The notes under the pieces are model-generated. The model was not told the origin of the DNA. It saw only the letters and a program-made list of their open reading frames with translations, and did not search any database. From positions 1-50,039 of the forward strand of contig JYFJ02002838.1 of the NCBI GenBank assembly GCA_000934665.2: a DNA stretch of 50,039 nt, read 5' to 3'. Within the stretch, counting starts at the first letter, position 1, and every line of letters begins with the position of its first letter. A program made the position numbers and the translations under genes. The stretch comes from Catajapyx aquilonaris (Eukaryota). Shown here piece by piece: positions 38,789 through 50,039 of this stretch.

Positions 38789-41700
38789 ACATAATACGGC
38801 TACATTATTGTAAATATACAACCCGTACACCGTCATGTAACATAATGGTTAAAGCGCATTAATATGCCAGGCAAATCCTATTGACAGATTCCCTTTACTA
38901 CATTGCTCCGCAGCATTCATATGTCAATCAATGATTCTCGATTCAAATGCGCAACAAATTTTTTTGGGAGCACTACTACTTCGGCAAACCTAGGCGCTCT
39001 GTGTACTGAACGTCATATGCAAATAATGAAATAATCAAGCAAGGTAATTTGCGTGTTTGACTTTTCGTAATTGCGCGTCTGCCTAAATTCATATGTTCAT
39101 GACATTTTCATCATTAAAATGTGAACAGTAGGTTATTTTGACCTGCATAGGTTTCTTTTTTTTTTTGATTGGCCAATATTAGCTAAGTTACAGCTAAATA
39201 TACAAGAAGATATAAAATGTTGCATAAAGTGGAAGTATTTTTGCGAGTAGTGAGAGTCACTTCCCCTGTAAGTACAAAGGACCTAAATTTCAGGAATAAT
39301 ATTATCTAAGGACACACGAAAAGACTGCACATGTCGACTCTCACTAGAGCCTCCATTTTTTTTTTCTTTTGAAAAAGCTTTTAGAGAGACACAATCAGGC
39401 TTTCTGAGCTCTTAGTACGTACATCAAGTAATGCATTTACCAGCCTCGAAATGGAAGTGATTGCCTGAAATGAAAGATGAAGTCGCGCCTTTTCATTTTT
39501 GCTTAGTCCTATTCTACAGCAAGCTAGACCTTTCATCCCTTCATGAGATCTGTAAACATGAAGTGGCTGGAAAGAAAAAGGGGCTCCATCTTCCAGTCAT
39601 AAAAACTGACAAGGAAACAAATGACGGTAAATTGGCCTTTTCATCAAACTCTTATGAAAGATTTCCGCCATTGCAAGTGATCATTCCCTCCAATCATCCT
39701 GTCTCGGTTTATTACATTTAGGAAATTAAACTTCATAGTGCAATTAGGGCTACTAGTTTGCAAAATAAACAGATTTGGATGCATTTTTCTAGTTCAGGGA
39801 TTGTAGTAAAAATAGTCTGAGGAACAGGGTGTTTCAGAATTGTTGACATGTAATCTTGTTATCAAAATATACATTTGTTACAACATGTATGATCATTCAA
39901 ATTCGTTAAATTGGTATGCTTTCTTAACTAGTATTAAGTGATGATTCTATTTTAGCTACATTCTTAGTATAGGACTACTAGGTGATAGTGACAGGTGTAG
40001 TCTATGAGAAGCTGGAATGAAGTTTTGTGTCTACTTTTGTCTCAGGGTGAAACGCTCCTACTGTGCCAGATGGCAGAGAGATATGGGGGTCCTTCCGCTT
40101 TCTGTCCGCCTCCTTATGGGACTTTCATGGAAATGCCAAAACTTTATAATTTCTAAGCGGGATCAATAAGGTTTTCTGGACGAGGAGTATCGCAGCAGGT
40201 GACCAAGTCAGTGCACTATCCAATGGTATTATTATCTCAAACCCCACTTTTTTTTTCTTTTAGTTTTAACTCGTGTTTCTCTCCAAAAGTCATACTTTGA
40301 AGAATACAGGCACATAAAAGTGGAATTTATAACCTAATATTAATAAATCTCTACATTTATATACTGGCTGTAGAGCGTTTTTGGTGGGCAGCTTCCAGGG
40401 CGAATTTAATGTCACTTCTAATTTAACATAAAAGAAGATTGACTGCTCATAAGTATTTATTGGTTTGTCCTGCTGCAGTGCCTAATCCGCAGATTTTGTC
40501 CAAAGTGACGAAGGCCAGGTTACATGGACACTAACGGACAAGCTCCAATTATGTACAAATCGATCATATATAATGAGGATTTTCCCTAACTTTGCATTCA
40601 TACAACCCGACCAGTTAGTGTCCTTATGGTCAACTAGAACTCAAACCATAAATGGTACATTCCACATTTTGTTCATTTCAAAATCGGAGCAAATTTGAAT
40701 TTAAAATGTGCTTAAAGCTGCACTGTCTGGCGCACTACAAAGCTCGATACGTTTAGCACAGGCCTCGCACAAACGTTCATTTGGCCCAGACCTTGTATCC
40801 CACTAGTCTTAAAGGTGGTGTTCCCTGGGGCCACTTTTCCATCATTATATCCCTCGCTTGGTACCTAATGCAATATAACATGGCTGTGCACCTTAATCAG
40901 AACACCCTATTTAGTCCATTTTATGCACTCCCTGGTCTTCATTTTTCCACCCTGTATACGAAACTATATGCTTATAACATTAAGCTTAAATTTGCCAATA
41001 TGAAAATATTAGCTAGGTAAAATACTCCGAGAGGCCTCCCAGAGTTCCAGTATACCCACATGCACCGCTGGGACCGCCCTATAAGGTGGGGCATGATAAT
41101 TAGAGCAAGTTAAGCTCTGCAAACCAGGCAGAAAAGTGCTAATGCCAGCACTGCAATTTGTTCCTCTTAAAAAGTTTGTGAAACTCACATGCAAATGTTT
41201 AAAGTGGGGGTGCGAAACCCCATTTTTTTTAAAGGTCGCTAACATATGTGCTGCCACAGTGCGGAAGTCGAGGCGCTTACAAAGCAGGATTGGCCTGTAT
41301 CAGATTGCTACAGTAATGTGATGATCGGTAACTAAATTGCCTGAATTCACGAGGAGGAGAATTGGAAATGCAAAATATACTTCCGCCGGAACGCTCGCTC
41401 TACAATTTTGCAGAATCAGCATCTATCACGTGGAGTATGAATTTCAAACTACAAGTACTCGAGCGAAATAATCACATTATCTCATATGGTGTTGTCAGAT
41501 GTGAGGTTCACACTATGAGCACAAGAAACAACAGGCCATTTGTTATGCCTTGTCATATAGGTCTCGATGGATATCTATGTCAATAGCTGTTGAGTGTCGA
41601 GTGACGATATTATTCCATTCCCTTGATGCAGACCACGAAAAGCACCATCTATTAGAAATAGAAAGCTCTGTCTGCTGGATAGGAGTTTATGTTCAGTTGG

Positions 41701-44700
41701 ATCCTTCCAGTCCCCAATCCTGTCATCTGTCACTTGGAAAGGAAGAAGTGGGTCACTCATTGAAGTTCTTTTCAAACAGCGTGTTATATGCTCCAACGCG
41801 AAGGCAAAGCGTCAACGTCAGCTAAGTATATATCCCTCGGAAAATTGTGCTGGGAGTACATTTAATGCCTTCTGGGCCCGCCTGTATTCCGAAGAGGAAA
41901 ATTGAAACTAAATCAAATAATACAGGCCCAATCTCACTTATTCAAGACGTCGTTTGCAATTATGGTGGATTCTTTTTTAACATCAGAAATAATGTTGGTG
42001 TCATCTATTACAGCTGCAGCTGAGTGGTTTGAATAACGTTGTTCAGTTCTAAGTAGCTCCGGAGGAAAAAGACTAGATTTTGTACACTTGAAACACCCTT
42101 GAAGGCTACTAGTGCCAATGCGCCATTTGTAACAAAAGTATTGCATAAGATGTGTGAAAAATGTTTTTTCTCTTCGACCTTTTAGAAGCGCGAATATTAC
42201 GAAGCGAAGGAAGAAATTGATGCTAAGGTTGATAAAGTATGGAAGTGAGTGACACGACATACAGGCTCGTATAGTTAATCAAGATTCAGGGAAGTTTCTC
42301 CTGAGCTGGATCTATGCCCTTTCACAATGGCTCCATTTACATTCATCCTTCACAGGTTTGATTGCATTATACAGGCTCTCTCTCTATAGAAGGTTCATTG
42401 ACGCAGATGTGCTTAGACTATAGGGGAGAAGATTGGAATAAGGCTACGTAATGGGTACATTTTTATGTCTAAAATATACCGGTATTAGAATAGTATCAGA
42501 ATTTTATTTTATTTTGAAAGTAAAAAAAATATTCTGGCAAAAATGTTGTGCTTTATTTGCCCATCATCATGTATAAATCAGGTTATAATCGCATTCGTAA
42601 TGTCATTCTCGGAATGAAATTATAATCTGAAAGTTTTATTCGTCAATTTCACAAATAATGGTATGTCATAAACTGCGCATGGTAATAATGCATGATTTCC
42701 TTGATTTTAACATGATTCCTAATTTCCATGCTTTGAACTCTCATTACTTCACAATATTGCAAATTCTATTCAATTGATTTATAGTTTAATCGATTCCATC
42801 ATACGCCTACTATAAAGAACTGGCCTTTACATCATTTTCTGTTCTAATTTTAATTTCAAATCAATATATTTAGAATCATTTGTATCTCTCTGGATAAAAT
42901 AATACCTCAATCACGAGCTACACATGAGAAGCCACCATTTACAGGAAAGTACTGGTCCGCCCTGGAGGCACTATTGTATGCTAATAGATGAAAGAATGTA
43001 AATTCATATTAGGCTATTGATATCAAGTTACCATCATAACTATGAAGTCAAACATGAATGACTCCCAACTTCCCTCTTCAAATGAATCAATGTTTCCAGT
43101 ATTTTATTTTAGTCTTGTAAGTTGTTAATGGCAATTGCCAAGCTTTCTTGAAATAGAATCCTATTAGCTGATTTTATCCAGTCTGTTTTACGGCCGTGCG
43201 GGTAACATGAAGCACTCATCTGTATCCTAAAACAAAAAAAAAGAAGCCAGGGAAAGTGGAAACAGACAAGAGCAGCTCGCTTGTTACAGTAACTCGACTC
43301 CAGGATAAAGCAAGTGCTCGACTACAAATTCCTTTCTTCAACAGTGAAACACTTCTACTTTCGTAAGATATAAACTATTCAGTATTTACCGAGATGATCG
43401 TTTTCAAAGCTGTCCATATCAGATTCTGACTTTGTCGCAAATGGGCAATAACAATATTTGCATTAGTACTTACTACTGTGTGCTGGAGAGAAGTTGAGCA
43501 CACAATCCAACTTTAGCCAGGAAGTGCTTCGATCCATCTGGAGGTCCCATTAAGCTTGTAATGAAACGAAGTTTTAGACAAGAATGTAATTAAAATTTTA
43601 CTGATTTCCATTTGACTTCCATTGCATCCACCTGAATCCTCCATTAATTCACTCAAATTTATCATGAATATTACTTGTTTCTTTGATCAGGGAATCCATG
43701 AAGCTGTTAAAATTTAACCTAAGTGTCATACTGGCGTGGATTCCAAATTTAATTAGCAGTGAAAGTATTTGGGAAATTGTATACTGTCCAAATGAAAATG
43801 CCTGGCTGTTGGGATAGGTACATTTATCGTCGGACAGATGGCCGGGCTCTATCATCCATTCCAGCCATGCGTACAACAATGTTGCACTTGGTTTTTCATT
43901 GTACATGATAGGCAAAAACCTTGTCCGCTAATTCGTCACTGACATTGACAATAACCCGAAAGTTTGACCGCGTAGCTCGACCTGTTTTTACGGAACAATG
44001 ACCCAACCTCAAATTACGCACAGTGCCGTAACGCTGAGCTTAGCCTACAAAGAGTTAGGAAATCACTTAATGGATGCCTTCACATAACAGCTAGTACGTG
44101 CTTCAATCTATAGGCTTACAGCGTGTTTCAGAATTTAGATCACATCCGTACTAGTGCCAATTACGCGGACGCTCGCTTCTGTGAACTCACATTCAAAGGC
44201 TTAGAATCATATATACACTTGGAAGTCCAATTAAATGAGCTTTCCAGCGATGTATGAAACTAACTGCCACACGTGCATGTGAAGAGACAAGAGTGATAAT
44301 GAGTATATCCGGGATAATTTCAGCGGTATGCATGTCAGCTCAATTCTAAAACATGCATGTTGCTCCCAGTCATTATGAGAGGCGTGAGTAAATATCCACT
44401 CAATAAATAACAAAATCATCAGTATTGTCAGAGATTACCCCAATTACCATGTAACCTCTGCATGATAATTATACTTACATTATATGAAAGCCCCCATCTA
44501 GGTGTTGTGAAACTATCTGCAAGTTGTAATTTTGACACGTGCTAAGTGTCCGCATGAAAAGTCAATATCTTCATTAAACTGCAGGGTTGACGAAGCATTT
44601 CCCGGAGTACATATAACGTTACACGTGCTTCTAATTAACGGATTTAGTTTCACTCATCATCTTTCCCACGCCAGTTTCGTGTGTTCGAATGCGTTCCTAA

Positions 44701-45274
44701 TTCTCTCATATCTGCAGCCAAGTTGCAGGACTCAGCATGAGCATCAAGGCAAGGTTATTAGCCAGGAAATCAGTTCCTGTGACTGGCAAACCATGGATAA
44801 GGGAGTAAACGACTGCGAAACTTAGCGCTTCACGTATCTGAAGGACCTCTGGAGAGTGGATCACTCATGACAAATATTTGACTTGCACCGTGCTAATTTC
44901 CACTACAACAGAGCCAATAATTCGTTAATTAATTAACTATTAATAATAAATTATAATATATATTATGGCCCTTCAAATGAGGCGACTACACTGACATCCA
45001 CTCGTTTGGAACCTAAAAAGTTATTATGGTTGGCAAATATCAAAAATCGGTGCTCCAGATTTTTCGGAAATGTGAAGTAAACATTGCCCCTGTCATTTTA
45101 AGTGCCGTTCAAAAGAAATAGTAGGGGGTCGATTAATAAGCAATATCAAAATCAAAGATTTGGGAGCTATCTTTGATTTGAGATTTTTGGATTTCTGAAA
45201 AATGAACATGACCATCTCATAGAGCGTAATATTACCCTTCCAATGCATATATCAAATGTTAGATTTGACCTGAC

Positions 45275-45478
45275 CTTCTAGGAGATATGGCCGTCAAAGT
45301 GGCCGCGAACGGAGCAAAAATGCTCGTGAATTGGCACATTTGACACCCTGTAGTTATGCAACCACGCAGCGCAGCGGTATGACAATTGGGATTCCTGCAT
45401 AGGTCGATGAGTAGTATATGTCACTAAATTTTGGTCAAGGTCCTCAAGGATTTGTCGGAAGGGTGTGCCGCTTGACGG
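45275..45478. mobile_element. DNA transposon terminal fragment (same family as 360-570)
   Basis: Aligns with 360-560, strongly from 45346; the last dozen or so terminal bases have diverged. Confidence 0.7.
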
Positions 45479-46867
45479 CAGCACATTCGCGAACTTGATC
45501 TGTCCACCTACCACGGGCAGCACAGTCGCTAGCGATTGTGCTGCTGTCACATGGCGCTCTTTGATGCTCCAAGTTTCGTATTCGTATATTCTCTTCGTAT
45601 TAATTTCGAGACAAATGAAGAGTTTTCCTATAAAACTAGCCACGCCCGGCAAAATTTGTATTGAGACCGCGGTATGCAACGAAGTTACGACTCATTTGCT
45701 CTCCTGATGCCAGGTGGTGTCAAGCACTTACATAGGTAGGCAACTGCTGCGATATAGCCTGAGTCATATAACGCACTCTACACGGAGGAGTAAATTAAGT
45801 TTGTCAGAGAGTTTGATAGCACCAGCTCAAAATACTCAATTAAGATTGATCTCGATGGGAAGGCTCGAGAGCTCGTGACAACGAGTTCTATTTCAGTAGC
45901 TAGTTAAGTTTCATCTCTATGGGAGGAAAGTTCGGTCAGGTGCAATGCTCTGGTGATGAAAAGGGCGTGCACTTGGAAGAGCCAAGGGCACTCGAATCTT
46001 TGTTTTTCCACCCGATATTAGAGGAGGTGTAATGAGTTTCTGTCCGGTCCAAGTGATGAAAAAAGTCCTGGCAGGCTGTATGGTCACCAAGTGCTTTGGA
46101 GAAGTCGTCATGTTTTCTTTGTCCGGAGGAAGCGGAGGATTTGGCGTGCTTGGAGCCCTTTCCCACTTCCGGAAGTTCTTTTCCTTCCCGTTCTACGAAG
46201 CCATGATTCATTGCAATGTAGCCTCCAGACAGAAGAAGGGACAAAAAAAAGGAACGATACATGGCTCTCCTCCAACTTACTCTTTCAGTAATGTTCCTTA
46301 CTAGCCATGTCAAGGACTGCACGGATTGCACTAACGCTTTGGAAATTAATTAACACTCCAATAAACTTTTAGTCAGCTGTGATCTATCATCCACAACTTT
46401 GCAGGAAGTAAAGAAAAACGTTTCTCTCCCAAAGTCAAAGGAAAAAGACAACTGTTGTTGTTACCGCTCGTTACCGCCCATGTACAGTACTCCTGCATTA
46501 CTAAATTATCCCTTTGTACTTTCATTCCGCTTCATTCAAAGAAAGAGCTAGGAATACTGTTCCAATATTCCAAGAAGGTCAGGTGTGAGGGTACAGTTTC
46601 TGCCTTAAATATTACTTTCAACTGACTTTCTCTCAGGCAAACATGAACATACTGTAACTCGATATTCGGGAAGCGATAATATCAGCCCTTTCATTTGTTT
46701 GGCCTGCTATAGGGCCCACTGTACGTAGTTTCATAATTTAGTTCACATCTGTTTTACGTACGTCCACAAGTTCTGTTGGTCCCCGGAGGGGCCGAGAAGA
46801 AAGAAAGAAGGGAGTTATGGCACATTTATATATTGACAAATGGAACTATACTGTAGTATCCAAACTA

Positions 46868-47011
46868 AGGGGGTAATCACTTGACTGAAAAGTGTACACT
46901 GGAGTACCAAATTCAAGGAGTACCAAGGAGTAATAAAGAGTGAGGTACCTGAGGAGTACCTGGGAGTACCACTCGCAGGTGTACACCGGAGTACTGAAGT
47001 GGTTACCCCCT
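46868..47011. mobile_element. Small Harbinger-like MITE with internal GGAGTAC repeats
   Basis: TIR agggggtaa(t/c)cactt; six ggagta(c/a) motifs inside; degenerate 3-bp flanks (cta/tga). Confidence 0.6.
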
Positions 47012-47224
47012 TGATCCAAACAGTCGAAGTAGTTCGTTTGTTTTTAGATAAGAAACAGCTATTCGAACTACTTCGAACTGTTCAATACGTATGTGAATGA
47101 CCCTTAAAGATGAGAATGGCTGTCTGTCTATTGGGAATTGCCTGGAATATAGGGTGGGAATGTGTGGCATCACATCTTTAAGGCTTTCTTGACTGCTATA
47201 ACTATATATAGGGCTATGTAGGCC

Positions 47225-47478
47225 CAATGGCGTAGGCAAGGGGGGGGGGAGGGGCAGCCCCCCCTCCGAAATGTTTGGAATAACCTTAGAAATTCCTAAT
47301 TCATCATTTTTTTTGGAAAAAGTGCTACCAATTTCATCAAATACACACCTATTCAAATCTCCCACAGTCACCTAAGCTCGTGTGACCTTGAACCCCAAAA
47401 ATTTTCCGCCCTTTACGGCTTGTTCACATAGTGCTTATGAAATGCCCCCTTCCGAAATTGTTTCTGCCTTCGCGCCTG
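47225..47478. mobile_element. hAT-like MITE, inverted homologue of 25887-26115
   Basis: caatggcgtaggcaag ... ttctgccttcgcgcctg; internal sequence matches the reverse complement of 25887-26115. Confidence 0.75.
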
Positions 47479-48953
47479 GTATGCATATAGCTATAGTATA
47501 TTAATATAATAGAATATTACTTTTAAAATACTTGATGGTATGAATGGTTATAACACGGTCGGATTTTACATCGAATTTTAGCTGGCCTAACCTAACAGTA
47601 GCTTAATAGTCAAATCCAACAGTCAAAATCATCCAATCAGATAAAATTTTTGTTTCTTTCCAGTGTTATTCCATCCATCCTCGGGAATGGTGGTGGTTGT
47701 TCCGTGTGAAGTAGCCATGACCAGGTACGACATACTCTCCTATTTACTCCTATTTTTGTTCCCTCTCTATTACGCCATTACGTTCATTAAATTGGGTCGT
47801 GTGATTATGAGGAAACAACCGGTTGAGGGATTCTACATGTGACTATTGGCGACCATTGTACGTAGGATTTCTTTTCGGGAGGGTGGTTCGGTGGTGATTC
47901 GGTGGTTGTTCGGGTGGCTGACTGGGGGAGCGGTTGGAACGGGATGGCCAATGGGATAGAACGTGAAAAAGCTGACGCAAGAAAGGTTACTTGGCAAAAC
48001 ACACCGGCACGGGCGTAACCAGAGATTTGGGAGATGGGGACAGGATTTATTTGACTTTTTATCTCGCTAGTCGTGGCCGTTAAAAAAATGCCTTTTTCCA
48101 ACCGAGTTCAAAATAAGAAAGGTCAATCTCGGGTTCTGGAGGCACTTCTAGGCAGTAAAATATTGAAATTTAGGAGTCGGAATTTGCATTTTGGAGTGTG
48201 AGGATTTTGACAAGTTTACAGGTAGTATGATGGGATTGCAAAAAAAAAAATTGATTTCTGCCGTCCTTTTCTATAGAGATAGCAGGTTCGATATCCGGTG
48301 TCGATTATCCTGACTCGAATTGTCTAAAGATTAAGTTTAATTTGATCTGTTCACAGCTACTGGCTACTTTAGAAAAGTTTCTTAATTAGAATTACTTTGG
48401 TGTTCTGTAGCCTAGAACTGAGTACAAGTTTCGATTTCTGCAGTGATGTGAGAGGTTTAGGGTAGAATAGCACAATATAAAACGCAAGTTCAGCGCGTTC
48501 GTCTATAGGCGTTACAGTACTTTTTTTTTATTTGAGAAGAAGCAGAAGGAGCAGATATCGGCTGCCTCACAGTGTGATCATAAATTACATCGTTTCCAGG
48601 CAATTGAGGACCCCAATATATCCCAAAGTGCCTTTACTGCTTTTGGCCGAAATTGATACAAGATCAGTTTCTCAGAGAAAACGTCGCGGAGGAAGTGAAA
48701 ATATTGATTGGAATCAGATCCACACTTACTTCAATATCATTTATTGCAGGCTCCCAAGGCGTACATCTTCCTGCAAAATAGGTATCCTGGTTCTTCATAA
48801 TTTAATATTGCCGAATTGATTGTTTGTAGTATTATTTAGAAATTATCACAAAAACAATCACAGGAACAATCAGAACCATCTAGACTGCCCGTCACCTTCA
48901 CCTGCTAGCCTAAAGCCTCTATGCATAAATTACCGTCCACATTTATATCAATA

Positions 48954-48957
<4 letters not shown>

Positions 48958-48990
<33 letters not shown>

Positions 48991-49304
48991 TGCATTACTC
49001 CATTGGGATTTACCATATCCTTTAGGGGGGTGGATTACCACCATCGGAAATTGGAGCCATACAATAAGGTCCTAATTACTCCAGGGTAGGTAGGAGGGGA
49101 TGTGCAAAGTGCAAGTGCAATGTCTCTAACGGTCATTTTGTGAACTCCCCCGGGTGGCTTAGTCTATCGGAATTTGCCACCCGAAATGAAGCCAGAGATG
49201 GCCCAACTCTGCACGGATAAAGGTGGGAACCCCGGGTGGGGATCGAACCCGGGACCTTGATATCCGTGGGCGCGAGCGTTACCGCTGCGCCACTTCACCT
49301 CCCC
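48958..49304 (-). mobile_element. tRNA-derived SINE, family C, (TAA)n tail
   Basis: Minus-strand head ggggaggtgaagTGGCGCAGCGGt...GGTTCGATCC; 15-bp TSD ttatatcaatatatt at 48943-48957 and 49305-49319. Confidence 0.88.
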
Positions 49305-49419
49305 TTATATCAATATATTGGAAGACGACATAAAGGTGGCGATGAGGAAATGGTGCCGGGGCACTACTATTTTTATGGAATAGTGTTCAAAACTACCTCG
49401 ATCTCTCGGAGCTATATAT

Positions 49420-49522
49420 GAGGCATTCCACGTCAAGCGGGCCACCTTTCCGACAAATCTTCGAGGACTTTGACCAAATTGTAATGACATGTACTACTCA
49501 TCGACCTATGCCGGAAGCCAAA
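49420..49522. mobile_element. DNA transposon left terminus (ATAT|GAGGCATTCCACG..., possibly Sola2-like)
   Basis: Reverse complement of about 470-570; begins GAG after atat. Confidence 0.7.
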
Positions 49523-50039
49523 ACACAAATGCAGAGTAACAAGCTGTAAGAAACTTTGCCAGCGCCACTGCTGAACAGGAGTGCGAATGGCAAACCTGAG
49601 GCATAAAACATAAGTTGCATGTTATGAGCCGCTAAACTACTGTAAGTAGTTCTGGTGGTTCGGTCGTAATAGAGCCCATGAACATGGGGTCCAGCAATAA
49701 AATAAATAACCATAATTAATCTTAATGAAGATAAATATGACCTAATCAGCACCAGTGTGTGGCACAGAGGTCTCGGCTGTTTTGCGCATGACTTCAACTA
49801 CCCGTACCTTTAGTTGACCCTCTGACCGACTCATTGTTGGCCAACCCTATAACGAGAGATTACATTCATTAACTCACTGTAACATTGGATGCAAAGTTAT
49901 TCTCTCCTCTACGCTTCTATACTAACCAACTAATCATTTCCGCTTAAAATTCGTGCAGCCACATACGATACACCACATTGTGGAGGAACGGCACCCAGTA
50001 GGTGCATTCAGGCTAATCCGTTTATAATTCAAGTCTGTG

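Noticed and set aside
40712..41240. TTAA|AG.. Kolobok-like left ends
   Set aside because: No matching right termini were found.

Overview
Eukaryotic, almost certainly arthropod, genomic DNA; the species cannot be determined from this window. One intact host gene is present: an allatostatin-A (FGLamide) receptor of the galanin-receptor-like class A GPCRs, with an intron-free CDS (29480-30652, +) and probable upstream non-coding exons. Most other interpretable sequence is transposon-derived. The most complex object is a dead ISL2EU/PIF-Harbinger-group DNA transposon (about 3.8-9.55 kb) with a spliced THAP-HTH-DDE transposase and a convergent YqaJ/lambda-exonuclease-like gene. It is interrupted by three different non-autonomous DNA transposons and by two identical 5-bp GGCTA insertions at TA sites, which look like excision footprints of an unidentified GGC-ended element. 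Also present: an internally deleted LTR retroelement (LTR, tRNA-Lys PBS, PPT), several tRNA-derived SINEs with different heads and a shared 3' tail, and many Tc1/mariner/pogo, Harbinger and hAT MITEs. All calls come from reading and translating by eye; no database search was run.
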